Part shown: piece after piece, positions 23,882 through 27,269 of the stretch | Position numbering within the stretch: position 1 is the first letter of the stretch | Layout of the letters: each line of letters opens with the position of its first letter | Virus record (IMG/VR): IMGVR_UViG_3300036793_000081 | Span: 1 to 27,269 of that record | DNA: 27,269 nucleotides | Source of the DNA: a virus | Lineage: Duplodnaviria; Caudoviricetes | Direction: 5' to 3' (one strand) | Translations under genes and position numbers: made by a program | Notes under the pieces: generated by a model | What the model was told of the DNA's origin: nothing | The model's input: only the letters and a program-made list of their open reading frames with translations | The model's database searches: none

Positions 23882-24481
23882 ATGGCACAGGGGCGGCGGG
23901 TCAACGCGCACCTGGAGATACTTGTGGACAACCATGAAATGGTGGCCGATGCGATCAAGCGACTGGCCAATACTACCATTATGGTCGGTATCCCGTCCGA
24001 TCAGGAACAACCGCACTACGACGAAAGCGGCGGGCACGCCAAGGGAGTCGAGAAGCGTACCGACACCCCCAGCGGTATCGGGAACGCCAATATCGGGTAC
24101 ATCCACGAAACGGGCGCGGGGAACGTACCGCCGCGTCCCTGGCTGTCACCCGGTGTCAGAAACAATCAACGGCAGTGGACAGCCTATATGAGGCGGGCCG
24201 GTGTGTTGTCCTTCGAGGGTAAGCCGGACGCTGCCGAGAAGGCGTGGCACGCGGCAGGGATGAACGCGGTGGATGGGGTCAAGGATCGTATCCAGTCCAA
24301 CATCCCGCCGCCGTTGTCGGAGGTGACTGTGGCGCGCCGCCGCCAGCGCTCAGCCGGTAGCAGTTACCGGCGCAAGGCGGTAACCGCCAGTGATACCACG
24401 GCGCTGATCGATACCGCACAGTTGATCAACTCGGTGTCTTACGTCATCCGACACAGAGGAAAAGGCGATGCCGAGTCTTGA
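23882..24481 (+). CDS. Neck/tail-completion protein
   Basis: VGIP, NA.IGYIHE.G..NVPPRPWL, PPL...TV..R, LIDTAQLINSVSY. Confidence 0.8.
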   Translation: MAQGRRVNAHLEILVDNHEMVADAIKRLANTTIMVGIPSDQEQPHYDESGGHAKGVEKRTDTPSGIGNANIGYIHETGAGNVPPRPWLSPGVRNNQRQWTAYMRRAGVLSFEGKPDAAEKAWHAAGMNAVDGVKDRIQSNIPPPLSEVTVARRRQRSAGSSYRRKAVTASDTTALIDTAQLINSVSYVIRHRGKGDAES

Positions 24482-24881
24482 CGTTACCGACGCCTTTGAT
24501 GCCTCGTTTTGGGATCAGATTGTGGTGGTCCGGCGGAAGGCGTTTGTTGACAATCGCGGTCGAGTGGCGACGACAGACACCTCGATGTCGGCCTTGGCAG
24601 TTGTCACCGCAGCGTCACCCGTCGATCTGCAACGGGTTCCCGAATGGGGCTGGATGAACAAGACGATCTCGATTTACACCCCGTTCCGGTTACAGGGTCC
24701 GGCGACGGATGAGGCGGGAAATGTCACTCATCCCGATGAGGTGTTGTGGCGTAACTCTGTGTTTATTGTCAATTTCCTGGAGGATTATTCCGGTTACGGT
24801 CGCGGCTTTGTGCACGCGGTGGCGATCTCGAAGCAGAATGTTGACTATCCGCCGATACCCGATCCGATGGGGAACGCGTGA
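24468..24881 (+). CDS. Head-closure/head-tail joining protein
   Basis: MPSLDVTD.F, D.V.W, YGRGFV; synteny. Confidence 0.7.
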   Translation: MPSLDVTDAFDASFWDQIVVVRRKAFVDNRGRVATTDTSMSALAVVTAASPVDLQRVPEWGWMNKTISIYTPFRLQGPATDEAGNVTHPDEVLWRNSVFIVNFLEDYSGYGRGFVHAVAISKQNVDYPPIPDPMGNA

Positions 24882-25573
24882 TGGCGTTTGTCACTGACAG
24901 CCGGTTAGTGGGGTATCTGGGTCCGGCGTCACCGGGACCATCACCGCTGGACGATGACGCTTGGGAAGACTTCCTGCACGATGTCTTTGCTGGAATCACC
25001 GGGTTGTCTCCGACCTTGGTACGCCCGGCTTGGCAAGAGGAACCACCACTGCGGCCCGATTACACTGTCGATTGGATGGCGTTCGGTACTATAGCCACGC
25101 GTACCGACTTTGCTCCGGTGACCTACCACATCGATGATGGCGGTGACGGTTACGATGCGTTGCAGGAGATGGAGGAACTCGATATCCGGTGTTCGTTCTA
25201 CGGACCCAATGCTGAGAAGATGCAATCCTACCTGCGGCGTGGTTTGTATGTCGACCAAAACCAATCGGTATTTCGGGCCAATGCGGTTGGTATGGTGTCC
25301 ACTACCGGGTTCACCCGCGCCGCCGAGTTCTTTAAGGAACGCTGGTGGCCGCGTAGTGACATGACGGTGACACTGCGCCGCGAGGTTCGGTACAACTACA
25401 ACGTCCTGAACCTGTTGGGCGCAAAAGGCACGATCACCGCGCAGCCGCCCGGCAGGTTTGATGTCATTCACGATGATTTTGATACCGGTGTGACTCTGGA
25501 AACCGAAACATTGTGGGATGGTGGTAATACGACGTGGGATGCCAAGCAAACCGTGTGGGATTTGCCGTCGTGA
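24878..25573 (+). CDS. Tail terminator / neck protein
   Basis: GYL.P, GITGL...LVRP.WQ, SFYGP.A, W..R.D; synteny before the sheath. Confidence 0.7.
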   Translation: MMAFVTDSRLVGYLGPASPGPSPLDDDAWEDFLHDVFAGITGLSPTLVRPAWQEEPPLRPDYTVDWMAFGTIATRTDFAPVTYHIDDGGDGYDALQEMEELDIRCSFYGPNAEKMQSYLRRGLYVDQNQSVFRANAVGMVSTTGFTRAAEFFKERWWPRSDMTVTLRREVRYNYNVLNLLGAKGTITAQPPGRFDVIHDDFDTGVTLETETLWDGGNTTWDAKQTVWDLPS

Positions 25574-26193
25574 CATCAGCCATCGATCCCAGCAAGCCGA
25601 CAGAGGGCGAAGCCTTGACGGCGGATGTTCGGCAGAACTTCCAGATCGCCGCCGATGAGATTAGTAATCTTCAGACCACTGTCGCCGCGCTGCAAGCCAC
25701 TGTGCAGGATAATTACGACGCGATCACCGCGCTACAAGCCACGGTCGAGACGCTCAAGGCGCGGTCGCAGATCGCGGGAACATTGATCACCGTTAACCCG
25801 CCGAATACCAATTCAACTAGCTTTGTCACTGCCGGAATTGGTTTTCAGTTCACCCCGACAAACGATAGTCGGGCGATCCTCTTACTTGACGGTCAGCTTG
25901 GTAATACCGGTAACGGTAGCGGCAGCGATCTCCAGGTGGTCTTTGGTATAGGGGCTTCTCCTGCTATAGGTACTCTAATCACCGCGACTAATGGAACTTT
26001 TGTTGGCAATTTGGTCAACATGGTCGCGACAAAACCCAATGATTTTGATCCGTTTGGTATCAGTACGATGCTGACCGGACTCGTGAGTGGTCAACAGTAC
26101 TGGATCGATGCCGCTTACCGTGCGGAACAAGGTACTGCCACGTTATCGCAGATGTCACTAACGATGTTTGAAGTATTGGACCCGCTGCCATGA
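25570..26193 (+). CDS. Putative collar/whisker fibre protein, paralog 1
   Basis: GTGA overlap start; TSAIDPSKP...VRQNF..EI..LQ coiled coil plus beta-rich C-domain. Confidence 0.6.
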   Translation: MTSAIDPSKPTEGEALTADVRQNFQIAADEISNLQTTVAALQATVQDNYDAITALQATVETLKARSQIAGTLITVNPPNTNSTSFVTAGIGFQFTPTNDSRAILLLDGQLGNTGNGSGSDLQVVFGIGASPAIGTLITATNGTFVGNLVNMVATKPNDFDPFGISTMLTGLVSGQQYWIDAAYRAEQGTATLSQMSLTMFEVLDPLP

Positions 26194-26798
26194 CCTCGAA
26201 TATCGATCCTTCGTATCCGCGTGAAGGTAGCGCCTATACCGCCAACGTGCGGAGTAACTTTAGTGCCGCGCAACAGGAAATCTCGGCGTTGCAAGATGCG
26301 GTTACGTCACTCAATACCCAGGTTAGTCAGTTACTCGCTGACAATGCCACCCTGAAGGCTCGCACGGTTGCGGCGACAAACCAGACATCGGATGTACCGC
26401 TTGACACCAATTCGCCGGATTTTGTCACTTCCGGTCTGGATATGCTGTTTCAGACGACATCCAGTGCCCGCGCTATCTTTGGTATTGAGGGTGCCTTGGG
26501 TAATGATCAACAAGGTAACGTTAGCGAGGTGCAACTGGTGTGGGGAACCGGCAATACGGCACCACCAGCGGGAACCTTGATAACTGATACAGATGGTACA
26601 CTGACCGGTACTTTGGTTAGCATCACCGCGCCAGCGACAGGGGAACTACCTTTTGCGGCTACAGCACTGCTAACAGGTATGATACCGGGTGACAATTATT
26701 GGATTGGTGTCGCTTACCGTTCTCCGGCTGGAGGGAACGTCCTACTGTCTGCGTGTACGATCACCGCGTTTGAACTCTTGGACCCGATTACCCCGTAG
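26190..26798 (+). CDS. Putative collar/whisker fibre protein, paralog 2
   Basis: Collinear similarity to the upstream gene along its full length (TSNIDPSYP...VRSNF..EISALQ; YWI..AYR; FELLDP). Confidence 0.6.
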   Translation: MTSNIDPSYPREGSAYTANVRSNFSAAQQEISALQDAVTSLNTQVSQLLADNATLKARTVAATNQTSDVPLDTNSPDFVTSGLDMLFQTTSSARAIFGIEGALGNDQQGNVSEVQLVWGTGNTAPPAGTLITDTDGTLTGTLVSITAPATGELPFAATALLTGMIPGDNYWIGVAYRSPAGGNVLLSACTITAFELLDPITP

Positions 26799-26807
26799 GA
26801 GGGAACT

Positions 26808-27269
26808 ATGGCGCAAGGTTTGTCTGTCAGCCGCGTTGTTGACGTACAGGTCAATTTCTCTCCGCAGGCGATCCCGACAGCGCGGTTTGACACCTTGCTG
26901 ATTATGGGTGACAGCGGGGTTGTCGATACCGGTGAGGCGATTCGCGAGTACAACACGATCAACGACGTGGCGACCGATTTCACGACCACCGCGCCGGAAT
27001 ACCAAGCGGCGTTGTTGTTTTTCTCGCAGGTACCGCAGCCGAGTACCTGTTACATCGGCGCGTGGGCGAACACTGCGACCAAGGGTCGGTTGACCGGTGG
27101 GTTACTGACCAGTTTGCAGATGCTGATGTCAAACTGGACGACGGTCACCAATGGTGGGTTCAGTGTCAGTATCGACGGTGTGGCAACACCAGTCCAGGTT
27201 AGCGGTTTGAATTTCAGCGCCGCCGCCAACCTGAACGCGGTGGCCAGTACGATCCAGGCTGCCCTGCGT
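26808..27269 (+). CDS. Tail sheath protein (DUF3383 type), 3' truncated
   Basis: GGAGGG RBS; MAQGLSVSRVVDVQVNFSP..., PEYQAA..FFSQ.PQP..YIG.W; open to the window end. Confidence 0.85.
   Translation, partial: MAQGLSVSRVVDVQVNFSPQAIPTARFDTLLIMGDSGVVDTGEAIREYNTINDVATDFTTTAPEYQAALLFFSQVPQPSTCYIGAWANTATKGRLTGGLLTSLQMLMSNWTTVTNGGFSVSIDGVATPVQVSGLNFSAAANLNAVASTIQAALR

Overview
This is the head/neck morphogenesis module of a tailed (contractile-tail, myovirus-type) bacteriophage or prophage. GC is about 60% by eye, and essentially all credible genes are on the + strand. Gene order: terminase large subunit (C-terminal part), small membrane/accessory genes, GH16 glycoside hydrolase, DUF1073-type portal fused to a pyrophosphatase-like domain, a 1.45-kb periodic array with embedded small genes, basic low-complexity proteins, MuF/gp7 head morphogenesis protein, a 1409-aa multidomain protein, DUF2213-type prohead protease, scaffold, decoration protein, DUF2184-type major capsid, LAGLIDADG homing endonuclease, head-tail/neck genes and the start of a DUF3383-type tail sheath. 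The standout is a non-CRISPR dual-repeat array at ~6213-7658. It has about 25 units of ~36 nt, each GAGTGA(A/G)CC(A/C)-N8-GACAGACACA-N8, the architecture of TIGR guide-RNA arrays. It lies directly behind the portal gene, no Nop-domain Tas gene is recognisable in the window, and it is split by small cargo ORFs whose start and stop signals are built from the repeat itself. All family assignments are from motif recognition and synteny only; no searches were run.
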